A stretch of 38,975 bases of DNA from Pseudobdellovibrionaceae bacterium (GCA_044359815.1 JBIKLL010000019.1:1-38975); one strand, 5' to 3'; shown: positions 19,066 to 28,855, numbered from the stretch's first letter. Notes: a model not told the origin generated them from the letters alone. Numbers and translations are program-made.

Positions 19066-19559
19066 ACTTTTTATCAATCGTTAAAATATCAGCTGCTGTA
19101 GCCAGTTTGGGCTTTGCAGTTTGGTCTGATTTGAAATCCAGAAAAATTTCAAACAGAACCAATTTGATTATTTTTGCGATCGGTATTCTGGCTTCCTTGC
19201 TTCACGATCCATCAAACGCACTTGAGCTTGCACTGTCTGTACTCACTGCGACAGCCATCATTATGCCGGTTTATATTTTAAAAATTCTGGGTGGTGGTGA
19301 TGCTAAACTGTTCATAGCCCTATCGACATTTTTGACTCCACAGGGAGTTCTTGAATGCTTTGTGGCTTCGTTGATTTGGGGATCGATCCTGGGATTATTG
19401 ATTGTGATTAACAAATCACAGTTGTCGGGATTTGTTTCAAATATCAAAATGCTTTTTTACAGACAAAAGCCTGCAAATGAAACCTTACACAAGATTCCGT
19501 TTTCAGTTGCCATTGCCTTTGCGTATTTGACTCATTTGGTTTTAAGGGGGTCACTATGA
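19047..19559 (+). CDS. cpaA: Prepilin peptidase CpaA/TadV (A24 family)
   Basis: SDLKSRKISN and LGGGDAKL catalytic Asp motifs, IPFSVAI, multi-TM. Confidence 0.88.
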   Translation: MDRSQIDFLSIVKISAAVASLGFAVWSDLKSRKISNRTNLIIFAIGILASLLHDPSNALELALSVLTATAIIMPVYILKILGGGDAKLFIALSTFLTPQGVLECFVASLIWGSILGLLIVINKSQLSGFVSNIKMLFYRQKPANETLHKIPFSVAIAFAYLTHLVLRGSL

Positions 19560-19813
19560 TAATGACTTCTGTTAATAATCAAAAGGGACAGTTTGTTGTT
19601 GAAGCCGTGTTGCTGCTGACAGTAGTTATGGCTTTGACCATGTTAACCAGACAGTTTTTTTCCAGCACAGAATTTGGTAAATCATTAGTCAGCTCACCCT
19701 GGCAGAAATTATCCGGAATGATCGAATGCGGTAGCTGGAATGGCTGTGCACCAGGCAATCATCCCAGCACAGCACAACGTGCTCTAACCTTTGATCCAAG
19801 GGGGAGACAATGA
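19556..19813 (+). CDS. TadE-like pseudopilin
   Basis: NQKG|QFVVE prepilin motif, hydrophobic helix and a Cys pair. Confidence 0.75.
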   Translation: MIMTSVNNQKGQFVVEAVLLLTVVMALTMLTRQFFSSTEFGKSLVSSPWQKLSGMIECGSWNGCAPGNHPSTAQRALTFDPRGRQ

Positions 19814-20418
19814 TGAATCAAAAAGGATTTATTTCAATTGATTTTATGTTTGCCTTTGTGATTTGTTTTGCAATGTCAGCAATTATTTTTTCATTCACTG
19901 TGACCTTAACTGTAGTCGAGATTGCTCAGTATATTGTGTTTTCAACTTCGCGGGCCGCAACCGCAGCCCATGTCAATGTTGAAGAACAAGAAAAACTGGG
20001 ACGTAACAAATACAGCTCACTTTTAAATGACCGAGTTTTTAAGTCACTTTTTTCAAACGGCTGGTTTTCATTGTCTAAGGTTCAGGAACTGGAACTCAGA
20101 ATGGGTAGTGGAGTAAACTATGAATCCGACTATCCATCTAAAGGCAATGCAAACAGAAGTATTTTTCATGGAGCCAGATCTACATTTTCTGCACCTATAT
20201 TAAATATGAATCTGCCCTTTATCGGCGGCACAGATCCCGAGGATGCAGGGTTCAAGGCAAAAATCGCTGCGATTTTGTTCAGAAATCCCAGCCAGAAAGA
20301 ATGTCAGGATTTTATGGCCGCCAGACTGAATGCCATTTGGGCCCTGGAAGGCAATCGCGGCATCAGATTTAAAGGAAACTCTTCTGGACCTACACCCTTT
20401 GAGGACAACGGATGCTAA
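19810..20418 (+). CDS. TadE/TadF-like pseudopilin
   Basis: NQKG|FISID prepilin-like motif (Asp at +5), long hydrophobic helix and SRAA. Confidence 0.7.
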   Translation: MMNQKGFISIDFMFAFVICFAMSAIIFSFTVTLTVVEIAQYIVFSTSRAATAAHVNVEEQEKLGRNKYSSLLNDRVFKSLFSNGWFSLSKVQELELRMGSGVNYESDYPSKGNANRSIFHGARSTFSAPILNMNLPFIGGTDPEDAGFKAKIAAILFRNPSQKECQDFMAARLNAIWALEGNRGIRFKGNSSGPTPFEDNGC

Positions 20419-20924
20419 AAATCAAAACCAATCCTCTTATTAATGAAAAAGGCATCGCGATGATTGAAATCATTCCCATCATCGCAGTGTTTGTGTTGTT
20501 GCTAAATTTTTCCATTGGATTTTTTGGTGTTATACATTCAGGAATACTGGCATCCATCGGTGCCAGAAATTACGCCTTTGAAACCTTTCAGTTCAGATCA
20601 AATCTTAATTATTTTCGTGACAACAGCGGGGGACTTGATTTTACCTACTATTCAATAGGATACAGATTTCACGCCAATATATCTGAAACTAATACAGAAT
20701 CTTATTATTATTCGGCACTCAGACCCATTAAATTTACTGACGTCAAAGGCGTCAATGATCCTGCCGGCAATGCTGAAGAACACAGAAAACTGGCAGCGAT
20801 TCAAGAGGGCAAATTAGCATCTGACGTAGGCGTCAGCGAAGGCGTAAGCCCAGTATGGATTAAAACTTTGTATGGCATGTGTATGACGGCATCTTGTGGA
20901 ACTCAAATTAGGAGTGCACCATGA
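20412..20924 (+). CDS. TadE-like pseudopilin
   Basis: NEKG|IAMIE motif, PII, GARNYA and a C-terminal Cys pair. Confidence 0.75.
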   Translation: MLKIKTNPLINEKGIAMIEIIPIIAVFVLLLNFSIGFFGVIHSGILASIGARNYAFETFQFRSNLNYFRDNSGGLDFTYYSIGYRFHANISETNTESYYYSALRPIKFTDVKGVNDPAGNAEEHRKLAAIQEGKLASDVGVSEGVSPVWIKTLYGMCMTASCGTQIRSAP

Positions 20925-21805
20925 ACAACGAATCCAGAACACTATGGTTATCATTGGGGGCAGGGCTGTTTGCAGCATTTTTGCTGTACAGTTATTCACA
21001 AGAGAAAAAGGCCGAATACGACAAGGTCTACGGAACCATGAAAAACGTTGTGATCGCTGCAAAAGATATCAATGAAATGACAACGATCGATGACACTATG
21101 TTAGAGGTCATTCAAAAACCTGCGGATTTTCTGGAGCCAGCCAGCATCAACGATCCCGAACAGGCTGTGGGACAGGTCGCTGCCACACCGATCAAAAAAG
21201 GCGAACAGCTTTTGACTACTAAATTGTTACAACCGGGACCAGACACAGGGATTTCGTTGCAAGTAGCACCCACAAAACGTGCTGTGACCCTGCCCATTGA
21301 TGAGGTTCGTGGTGTGGCAAAACTAATCAGACCTGGTGATCGCGTAGACATTTATGCCGCTGTGGATTCTGGCAAAGGCATCAATTCAAAACGTGAAGTG
21401 ACTTTAATTATGCAAGACGTAGTTGTTTTAGCGACTGGTGTGAACGTTGTTAACAATATCCCCAGAACCATTGAATACGACAGCACAGGCAAAAATGTGA
21501 TACAAACATCACTGACTGGAAACACTCAGTACAATTCAATCACTATCGAAGCTACGCCAAAAGAAGCACAAGACCTTATCTATATATATTCAACCTCGCC
21601 TTCAAATTTATTTTTTACTTTGAGAAATCCTAATGACCGAGCTTTACCACCAAGGCTGCCCAGCTCAACTTCGGATTCAGTGATGGGCAGACCCAGTGTA
21701 GAAATGCCTGCGGCGGTGACACCAGTCACATTGCCGCCTCCTGCGCGTACCGTTCCCAGGGCACTTCCACCAAAAAAGAATCCGGGAGGGTTTAAAAACC
21801 TATGA
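20921..21805 (+). CDS. cpaB: Flp pilus assembly protein CpaB/RcpC
   Basis: TM, SAF-like VVIAAKDI, RAVTLPID...LIRPGDRVDI, VLATG, LRNPND and a Pro-rich tail. Confidence 0.9.
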   Translation: MNNESRTLWLSLGAGLFAAFLLYSYSQEKKAEYDKVYGTMKNVVIAAKDINEMTTIDDTMLEVIQKPADFLEPASINDPEQAVGQVAATPIKKGEQLLTTKLLQPGPDTGISLQVAPTKRAVTLPIDEVRGVAKLIRPGDRVDIYAAVDSGKGINSKREVTLIMQDVVVLATGVNVVNNIPRTIEYDSTGKNVIQTSLTGNTQYNSITIEATPKEAQDLIYIYSTSPSNLFFTLRNPNDRALPPRLPSSTSDSVMGRPSVEMPAAVTPVTLPPPARTVPRALPPKKNPGGFKNL

Positions 21806-23346
21806 GTACGCACATCAAATCACCGATCGCAATTTTATTGTCGATCCTAACATTTATTCTGTTAAGCGAGCCTTCTATGGCTCGTAGGCCAGCCAGTGTA
21901 GACACAGCTTCGACCGAAGAAGAAGTGGACGTAAAAAACGAAAAAAGCCGTAAGGCAATCAAGCTAACTATTGGCACAACCTCGGATGAACTACTGCCAG
22001 CCAACATGCCTTCAAACGTGACCTTTAATGGTTCATTCAAGAAAGTCACCGAGGCTCAGTTTTCAAAAGAAAGTAACACCGTCAGATTTATCCCTAAACG
22101 CGAAGGCGATGGGATCATGACGATCTTGGACAGCAAAGGCCGAATCGTAAAAGAATTTGTATTGATCGTCAGAAAATCCAAAGTGGACGCCGTGATGAGG
22201 GAAATCCAGGCCTTATTGGGTGACATCGAAGGCATTCAGATAAAAATCGTTAACAACAAAGTTGTTGTTGATGGTCAGGTTTTACTGCCCCGAGATATGA
22301 CCAGGATTTACAATGTCGTAAAACAATTTGGTGATGAGCAGGCTGATTCACTTGTATCGCTTTCGCCACTTGCACAGAAAAAAATTGCGGAATTTATCGC
22401 TAGGGACATCAACAATCCAGAAATCGAAGTCCGTGCCGTTAACGAAAAATTTATTCTCCAAGGCGTTGCCGGAAGCGAAGAAGAAAAACAGCGCGCAGAA
22501 ATTATCGCCAAGACTTACATTCCACCTATTATTATTGAGAGAGCTGTGCGGGACCAAATCGTTAAACCTGCAAAACCAGCTAATGATGGTGTGATTAATC
22601 TAATCACCGTCAAACCTGCACCGCCACCATCACCAGGTAAGATTATTCAGTTGGTGGTTCACTATGTAGAGCTTAAAAAAGATTATTCAAAGGGTTTCAG
22701 ATTTCAGTTTACGCCTGCCATTGATGATAAAACCAATATGACCTTTTCATCCAGCTCACAGGAGCCCGGTGGAGTGACATCATCAATCACTGGTGTGATC
22801 AATAATTTATTACCTAAACTAAACTGGTCAAAAAGCCACGGGCACGCCCGAGTTTTAGAAAGCACCAGTATGATTGTTCAAGACGGAAAAACCGGAACAA
22901 TCAATGCCTACAGTGAAATTCCCTATCAGACGATCACTAAAGACGGTCCTTCGACAGGATTTAAACCTGTGGGTATCGCATCACGAATCACACCTGTGAT
23001 TTTAGGTGAAAGATCTGATTCAATTAATCTGGATATTGCATTTAAAATTGATGCTTTGATTGGTATTGACGGTAACGGACCACGTACCAGCACAAACCAA
23101 ATCGAAACTTCGATCGTAGTCAGAAGCGCACAGAGTGCTGCAATTGGTGGCTTGATCAGAAACTCAGCCGCTACTGGATATAATAACCCTCAGGGACTGC
23201 CTCAGAATCCCATCATCAGTTTATACGCATCAAAAGATTTTCAACGGAATCAAAGTCAGTTCGTGGTTTTTGTGACCCCAATTATCAAGGCCAGCGCCAG
23301 CACGGGTTCAGAAAAAATCAAAAAGAAGTTCAGACTTCAGGACTGA
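21802..23346 (+). CDS. Tad secretin RcpA/CpaC-like protein with BON-like domains
   Basis: Signal peptide, T2SS-T3SS_pil_N-like and BON-like segments, and secretin motifs (GHARVLES, EIPY, SAAIGGL, FVVFVTP). Confidence 0.8.
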   Translation: MSTHIKSPIAILLSILTFILLSEPSMARRPASVDTASTEEEVDVKNEKSRKAIKLTIGTTSDELLPANMPSNVTFNGSFKKVTEAQFSKESNTVRFIPKREGDGIMTILDSKGRIVKEFVLIVRKSKVDAVMREIQALLGDIEGIQIKIVNNKVVVDGQVLLPRDMTRIYNVVKQFGDEQADSLVSLSPLAQKKIAEFIARDINNPEIEVRAVNEKFILQGVAGSEEEKQRAEIIAKTYIPPIIIERAVRDQIVKPAKPANDGVINLITVKPAPPPSPGKIIQLVVHYVELKKDYSKGFRFQFTPAIDDKTNMTFSSSSQEPGGVTSSITGVINNLLPKLNWSKSHGHARVLESTSMIVQDGKTGTINAYSEIPYQTITKDGPSTGFKPVGIASRITPVILGERSDSINLDIAFKIDALIGIDGNGPRTSTNQIETSIVVRSAQSAAIGGLIRNSAATGYNNPQGLPQNPIISLYASKDFQRNQSQFVVFVTPIIKASASTGSEKIKKKFRLQD

Positions 23347-23362
23347 TTTTTAGAGGGGGAAA

Positions 23363-25609
23363 ATGTATATCAATCAGCAGTGTCATTTAATTGCTGTAAC
23401 CGGTGGCAAAGGTGGCGTCGGCAAATCTGTATTTGCTGTGAACCTGGCTATGGCCATTCAGTTTGAACTAAAATCCCCAGTTTTATTAATTGATGCTGAT
23501 CAAAGATCTTGCGGTGACCTCAATGTTTTATTGGGCATCAGACCCAACAAAACAATTGCTGACGTGGCACAATTTCAGGGATCAATGACTCCTCAGAACC
23601 TACCGCAATTGGTAACGCCCCACCCATCAGGGATTGGATTTATCGGTGCGGTCCGAGGGCCCGAAGAAACCCTCAACGTGCAGGCTGATTTATTTTTAAA
23701 ACAACTGGAACATTTGAGCCGGCATTATAAATACATCATCGTGGATGTGGGTCACGATTTCAAAGAACTGCAGCTAAAGATGATGCAAGAATCTACATGT
23801 ATTACCATTGTCACTGTGCCTGAGCTTTTGGTTATCAATCAAACTCAGCGATTGATCCATGATTTGCTGACAGCGACTTTTCCCTTGGACATGATGCAAC
23901 TGGTGATCAACAAGGTCGGTCCCTCTGGATTAAGTCCACAGGCAATTTCGCAATCATTAAAACTGACTGCCATGGCGATGATTCCACAGGACGATATAAG
24001 TGCTTCTGGATCCATTCAAAGGGGACAGCCTTTTGTGATGGCCCAAAACAGACTGCCAATCAGTCAGGCTTATCATGAATTTGTTCGCAGACTGACCGGC
24101 GGAGTTTTGCAAAGATTAAAAACTTTAAACAGACCCACTGCCCCTATCAGCAGTGCTGCCAGCTCGGGAGCCTTCCCATCAATGGCTCCCAGTCAACAAT
24201 CAGCAAATCCTTTGGGCGACAATGCTCAACAGATTGATCCCAGAAATGTGCTTAAGATCAGAATCCACAACGAACTGATTAAGGCCATGGATTTAAAAAA
24301 AGGCATTACCGAAACCAACAATGACCCTGCCAAAGAAGCCGCCTTAAAACAAAAAACTTTGCAGACCATCACTCAGCTGGTCGATCGCGAAGCTCCAAAC
24401 ACTGCCCGCGAGGAACGTTCAAAAATTATCAAAGAAGTTCTTGAGGAAGCTTTGGGTTTGGGACCACTGGAAGATTTGCTGAAAGATCCCAACGTGACCG
24501 AGGTCATGGTTAATGGATATAAAAAGATTTTCGCCGAAAAAAGCGGAAGAGTTTCATTAACACCAGTTACCTTCACATCCAATTTACATTTAAGAAACGT
24601 GATTGAACGTATCGTGACTCCATTGGGCCGCAGAATCGATGAGAAAACTCCTTACGTGGACGCCAGATTAAAAGACGGCAGCCGCGTGAATGCCATCATC
24701 GAACCGCTGGCAATTGATGGACCATCACTGACAATCCGAAAATTTAAAAAAGGCGGAATCACTGCCGAAAAATATATTGAATACGGTTCAATCACAAAAC
24801 CGATGATTGATTTTTTAAAAATCTGCGTTGAAAACGGACTCAATGTTGTTATCAGTGGTGGTACTGGGTCTGGTAAAACCAGTTTATTAAATATGCTTTC
24901 AGGATTTATCCCAGCACATGAACGTATCGTCACTGTTGAGGACGCTGCCGAATTACAAATGCAACAAGATCACGTAGTCAGATTGGAAAGCCGTCCCGCA
25001 AATATGGAAGGCACTGGGGCCGTCACAATCAGGGACCTGGTCAGAAACGCCTTGCGTATGCGACCCGACCGAATCGTTGTTGGAGAGTGCCGTGATGGCG
25101 CTGCCCTGGACATGTTATCAGCGATGAACACGGGTCATGATGGTTCAATGACAACCACTCACGCGAACTCGCCCCGTGAATGCATCGCCAGGCTTGAAAC
25201 ACTGTGTTTGATGGCCGGAATGGATTTGCCTATCAGAGCGATTCGCGAACAAGTCGCCAGTGCCGTGAATCTGATTATTCAGATTTCAAGACTCAGCGAT
25301 GGATCCAGAAAGGTCACCAGCGTGACCGAAGTATGCGGCATGCAGGGTGACACAGTAACACTGCAGGAAGTTTTTAGATTCAAAGAAACTGGTTTTGATA
25401 AAAACAGAAAAATCATGGGAAACTTTCAAGCTATGGGTTTGATACCCACATTTATTGAAAAACTTGAAGCCAAGGGTGTTTACATCAGTCGCGATCTGTT
25501 TAGCAATGATCCCAATCTGATGTCCACGCCCACTGCTAAACCCGCCACAAAATCCGCCCTGGATCCTATGGCTGCCTTCAGAAAAACTGGTACTGGAGGT
25601 AAGACCTAA
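23363..25609 (+). CDS. tadA: Fused CpaE/TadZ (MinD/ParA-like) and CpaF/TadA pilus ATPase
   Basis: N-terminal deviant Walker A GGKGGVGKS. C-terminal GLGPLE, DARLKDGSRVN, GGTGSGKT, EDAAEL, LRMRPDRIVVGE and AMNTGHDGS. Confidence 0.92.
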   Translation: MYINQQCHLIAVTGGKGGVGKSVFAVNLAMAIQFELKSPVLLIDADQRSCGDLNVLLGIRPNKTIADVAQFQGSMTPQNLPQLVTPHPSGIGFIGAVRGPEETLNVQADLFLKQLEHLSRHYKYIIVDVGHDFKELQLKMMQESTCITIVTVPELLVINQTQRLIHDLLTATFPLDMMQLVINKVGPSGLSPQAISQSLKLTAMAMIPQDDISASGSIQRGQPFVMAQNRLPISQAYHEFVRRLTGGVLQRLKTLNRPTAPISSAASSGAFPSMAPSQQSANPLGDNAQQIDPRNVLKIRIHNELIKAMDLKKGITETNNDPAKEAALKQKTLQTITQLVDREAPNTAREERSKIIKEVLEEALGLGPLEDLLKDPNVTEVMVNGYKKIFAEKSGRVSLTPVTFTSNLHLRNVIERIVTPLGRRIDEKTPYVDARLKDGSRVNAIIEPLAIDGPSLTIRKFKKGGITAEKYIEYGSITKPMIDFLKICVENGLNVVISGGTGSGKTSLLNMLSGFIPAHERIVTVEDAAELQMQQDHVVRLESRPANMEGTGAVTIRDLVRNALRMRPDRIVVGECRDGAALDMLSAMNTGHDGSMTTTHANSPRECIARLETLCLMAGMDLPIRAIREQVASAVNLIIQISRLSDGSRKVTSVTEVCGMQGDTVTLQEVFRFKETGFDKNRKIMGNFQAMGLIPTFIEKLEAKGVYISRDLFSNDPNLMSTPTAKPATKSALDPMAAFRKTGTGGKT

Positions 25610-26484
25610 TGGGTTGGCTTGCAAACGATTCATTGATGATTATTTCTGTTTCTGCCTGTGTGTTTTTAGCATTTTATTTTATGTCTGATCGCGTACTGGG
25701 TTTTGTACAAACCAAAAGCGCCAGTCAACGTGATGAAATCTTGAAAATGCTTGAGATGATGTTTGTTGAAACCAATCGCAGACGATTGGCCATCATGCTG
25801 TACCTTATGAGCTACGGTTTGGCCTTAGTTGTGTTTCTGGTACTGCTTCCCAATGTGCTTTTGGGCACAGTGATGGCCATGGCTTTTGGGGTTTTGGGTT
25901 CAATATTGCCCAAATTATTTATTAAGTCTTTGTTTGAAAAAAGATGTTCAAAATTTGTGGCACAGATGGTTGATGGCTTAACAATTATGTCCAATGGTGT
26001 GCGCAGCGGATTAAGTGTTGTGCAATCAATGGAGCGTGTTGCGGAAAACCTGCCCAATCCTATATCGCAAGAATTTGCCTTGGTGCTGTCACAAATCAGA
26101 ATCGGTCGCAGTGTCGAAGAAGCCCTGATTGATCTGGGTGATCGTATTCAAAAACCTGATGTTCAGATGTTTGTTACCTCGATTAATATTTTAAAAGAAA
26201 CCGGTGGTAATTTAGGGGAAACCTTTACCACGATTTCATTAACCATCCGTGAGCGACAAAAAGTCGAAAAAAAGATCGAAGCCCTAACAGACCAAGGTGT
26301 GGTTCAAGGTATGATTATTACCTTAGTCCCGTTCTTGATGATCATTTTGTTTCTGGCAATAGACCCTAGCTATATAAAACCCATGTTTACTACGACCATG
26401 GGAATTGTATTTTTGGGAATGATGATACTGCTGCAAATTATTGGTGGCATTGCTATTAGAAGAATTGTTAAAATAAAAGTGTAA
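25609..26484 (+). CDS. tadB: Tad inner-membrane platform protein TadB
   Basis: T2SSF-type domain with RSGLS, PISQEF, ETGGNL and IRER motifs, plus TMs. Confidence 0.88.
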   Translation: MGWLANDSLMIISVSACVFLAFYFMSDRVLGFVQTKSASQRDEILKMLEMMFVETNRRRLAIMLYLMSYGLALVVFLVLLPNVLLGTVMAMAFGVLGSILPKLFIKSLFEKRCSKFVAQMVDGLTIMSNGVRSGLSVVQSMERVAENLPNPISQEFALVLSQIRIGRSVEEALIDLGDRIQKPDVQMFVTSINILKETGGNLGETFTTISLTIRERQKVEKKIEALTDQGVVQGMIITLVPFLMIILFLAIDPSYIKPMFTTTMGIVFLGMMILLQIIGGIAIRRIVKIKV

Positions 26485-26506
26485 ACCTAAAAGAAGGACT
26501 TCAAGG

Positions 26507-28147
26507 ATGAAAGCACTTTTATTGATTCTTTTTTATTCTGTTTCGGCGTGGTCCGTCGTTGATATGCGAAACGCAAATTATGCGCAAACTTGGACCGACC
26601 TCCAAGTTCCAGGAACTGGTTATGATTTAAAAATCACCAGAACCTATAACAGCAAATCGCTGTTTGATGGAATGTTTGGCTATGGTTGGTGCAGCGACTG
26701 GGAGACCAAATTGGATTTCACGGCTGAAGGAAATATTAAAGTTACCGAATGCGGCGCAGGCGCTGAATTGTTTTTTACTCCGCGCGAATTCGGTAAAAAA
26801 GAAATCGACGATACTATTGCTAAAATCATTGAAAAAGTAAAACAGGCCAAAAAAGCCGATGAAAAATCAATTCAAGAATTAGCTGCAGAAATGGTCAGTG
26901 ATCACAATCTGCGGGCTAAGTTCGCATACAGCTACAAAGTAGCCATTCCTGTGAAGGAAGGAACTACTTTTTATGCCAATGGCTCTGAGGTTGAACGCAT
27001 TACCTTGTCTAAGGGACTTTACACCAGATACATGGCCGATGGCAGTTATGCAAAATTTGATAAAGAGGGCCGACTGTTAAATTTCTTTGATAAAAACGGA
27101 AATTTTCTGAAGCTGGATTATGACAAAGGAAATCTGACAGAAGTTGTCGACAACAACGGCCGCAGACTGACGTTCAAATATTATCCTAATAAAAAAGTCA
27201 AATCAGTGAATGGCCCAAACAATCTGAACTCTGAATACAAATATTCTAATCTGGATGATTTAAGTAATGTGAAAAATGCTTGGGGAAATAATTTTAACTA
27301 CACCTACGATGATACTCATAATCTTACGGGTATTGGCTATCCAGATAAAACCACTGTGGCTATCACTTATGACAAAAAAAATGACTGGGTAACAAGCTTT
27401 GTTGACAGGGACAAATGCAAGGAAGACTACACCTACGAATTTAACGAAAAGAATCCTCAAATGCATTACTGGTCAACGGTTAAAAAGACTTGCAATAAAG
27501 AAGTCACAACCGAAGCCAGATATGAATTCTGGTATGGCGAACGTAAGGACGGTCAGGTTTATTTGCAAAAGGCATTGACCAAGGTCAACGGTAATTCAAC
27601 CGAGATCACTTATCATGATACATTTGGTAAGCCGACATCATTAAAAAGAAATTCTGAAGGTTTTGTGTTTGAGTACTATCCAAACGGTCTGGTAAAAACC
27701 AAAACCACTCCCAGATTAAAAATGAGTTACAAATACAATAATGAACTGAACAAGGTTTCCGAAGTTTTTTCGCAGTCCTACGATGAAGCTGGAAAACCGT
27801 TGGGTACAAAAAAATCAGTTTTTAGATACGATAAAAAAGGCAATATGGTTTATGCCGAAAATTCTGACGGACAAAAAATCAATATGTCCTACGACATCAA
27901 AGGCCGTGTTGCTACGATATTGGATCACACTAAAAAAACAGTTAAAATTCAGTACGAAGAAAAATACGGCAAACCACAGATTGTTTCAAGACCCGGCTTG
28001 GGCAGTATTTCAATCAGTTACAAGCAAAATGGCGAAATGGATAAAGTGAATTCTCCTGAAGGGCCCAGTGTGGCATTACAGGTAGCCAGTACATTTAACA
28101 ATTATTTGGATGTGATGCAGCCGGCATTACAAGAAATTTATAATTAA
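26507..28147 (+). CDS. Secreted RHS/YD-repeat protein (DUF6531-like N-terminus; Bd0109-like)
   Basis: Signal peptide, RTYNS...GMFGYGW, and many YD-type repeats. No PxxxxDPxG motif or toxin tail. Confidence 0.85.
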   Translation: MKALLLILFYSVSAWSVVDMRNANYAQTWTDLQVPGTGYDLKITRTYNSKSLFDGMFGYGWCSDWETKLDFTAEGNIKVTECGAGAELFFTPREFGKKEIDDTIAKIIEKVKQAKKADEKSIQELAAEMVSDHNLRAKFAYSYKVAIPVKEGTTFYANGSEVERITLSKGLYTRYMADGSYAKFDKEGRLLNFFDKNGNFLKLDYDKGNLTEVVDNNGRRLTFKYYPNKKVKSVNGPNNLNSEYKYSNLDDLSNVKNAWGNNFNYTYDDTHNLTGIGYPDKTTVAITYDKKNDWVTSFVDRDKCKEDYTYEFNEKNPQMHYWSTVKKTCNKEVTTEARYEFWYGERKDGQVYLQKALTKVNGNSTEITYHDTFGKPTSLKRNSEGFVFEYYPNGLVKTKTTPRLKMSYKYNNELNKVSEVFSQSYDEAGKPLGTKKSVFRYDKKGNMVYAENSDGQKINMSYDIKGRVATILDHTKKTVKIQYEEKYGKPQIVSRPGLGSISISYKQNGEMDKVNSPEGPSVALQVASTFNNYLDVMQPALQEIYN

Positions 28148-28157
28148 GAGGTTAGGG

Positions 28158-28508
28158 ATGAAAAATTTAATTTTAATATTAGCAGTTATGTTCGGATCAC
28201 AAGTCATGGCTGACGACACCACTGCAAACCGAGAACCTGCCAATGAATCGGCTACAGTAAATATGGCTGATCCCGAGATGAATAACAACCGAGGTACAGA
28301 ATTACAAGGCAAGCATGTTTCTGAAATTGGTTGCCCTGAATGCTTACGGCAAATAGGTCGCAGCAACATTGGTGAATCCGCTATTTTAAGGGAAAAGTAT
28401 TTTTATAATCTGTTACCCGAAGAACAAACCTCTGTCCCAGCTAGTTTAAAGCAAGCACCTGCCGGCAAAGGGGTGCAAGACAAAATTAGCCCCCCAAAGA
28501 AAAAATAG
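28158..28508 (+). CDS. Small secreted CxxC protein; probable hit-locus (Bd0108-like) protein
   Basis: Signal peptide, low-complexity polar sequence and GCPEC. Lies directly after the RHS gene and tad cluster, as Bd0108 does in B. bacteriovorus (from recall). Confidence 0.65.
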   Translation: MKNLILILAVMFGSQVMADDTTANREPANESATVNMADPEMNNNRGTELQGKHVSEIGCPECLRQIGRSNIGESAILREKYFYNLLPEEQTSVPASLKQAPAGKGVQDKISPPKKK

Positions 28509-28546
28509 CCAAATTAGCGTCCAACCATCGCGGGAATTATTTAGCG

Positions 28547-28699
28547 GCAGAATTTTTTAGAAATACAAACATCTGATTTTATTTAAATGGGTTCTCCGCG
28601 GAGCCGGGATGGCGGGGGCGCAGCCCGAGCGGATGAAGCACGAGCTGTAACCTTTTGAAGTGAAATTTTATACTTGAATTTTTCAGATACAAATTCTGC
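28547..28699 (+). repeat. Long-hairpin element copy 3 (opposite orientation, imperfect arms)
   Basis: Core 28590-28652 is GGTTCTCCGCGGAGCCGGGATGGCGGGGGCGCAGCCCGAGCGGATGAAGCACGAGCTGTAACC. Flanks pair with G-T wobbles and mismatches. Outer stems are ATCTGA/TCAGAT and GCAGAATTT (28547-28555) with AAATTCTGC (28691-28699). Confidence 0.85.
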
Positions 28700-28808
28700 A
28701 ATAGGATTCTACGCAGGTTTGAACCTGACTCATTTTTAGACACTATGGAGCCCCTATTGGTCATCCCCTCCTAAAATGTCTATTATCTGCAATACAATGG
28801 CCTTCCAG

Positions 28809-28824
28809 TGGCATTAGGTTCGCA
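28809..28824 (+). promoter_or_regulatory. Putative sigma54 (-24/-12) promoter
   Basis: TGGCATTAGGTTCGCA has GG-N10-GC spacing and lies about 30 nt upstream of ATG 28856. Confidence 0.4.
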
Positions 28825-28855
28825 ATTTAACCTAATTGAACTAGAGGAGATATTT

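Noticed and set aside
26507..28508. RHS toxin-immunity pair
   Set aside because: No RHS core PxxxxDPxG motif or toxin C-terminus. The downstream gene has a signal peptide and fits the Bd0108 position.
28579..28764. 61-aa minus-strand ORF
   Set aside because: It overlaps hairpin element copy 3 and has no coding features.
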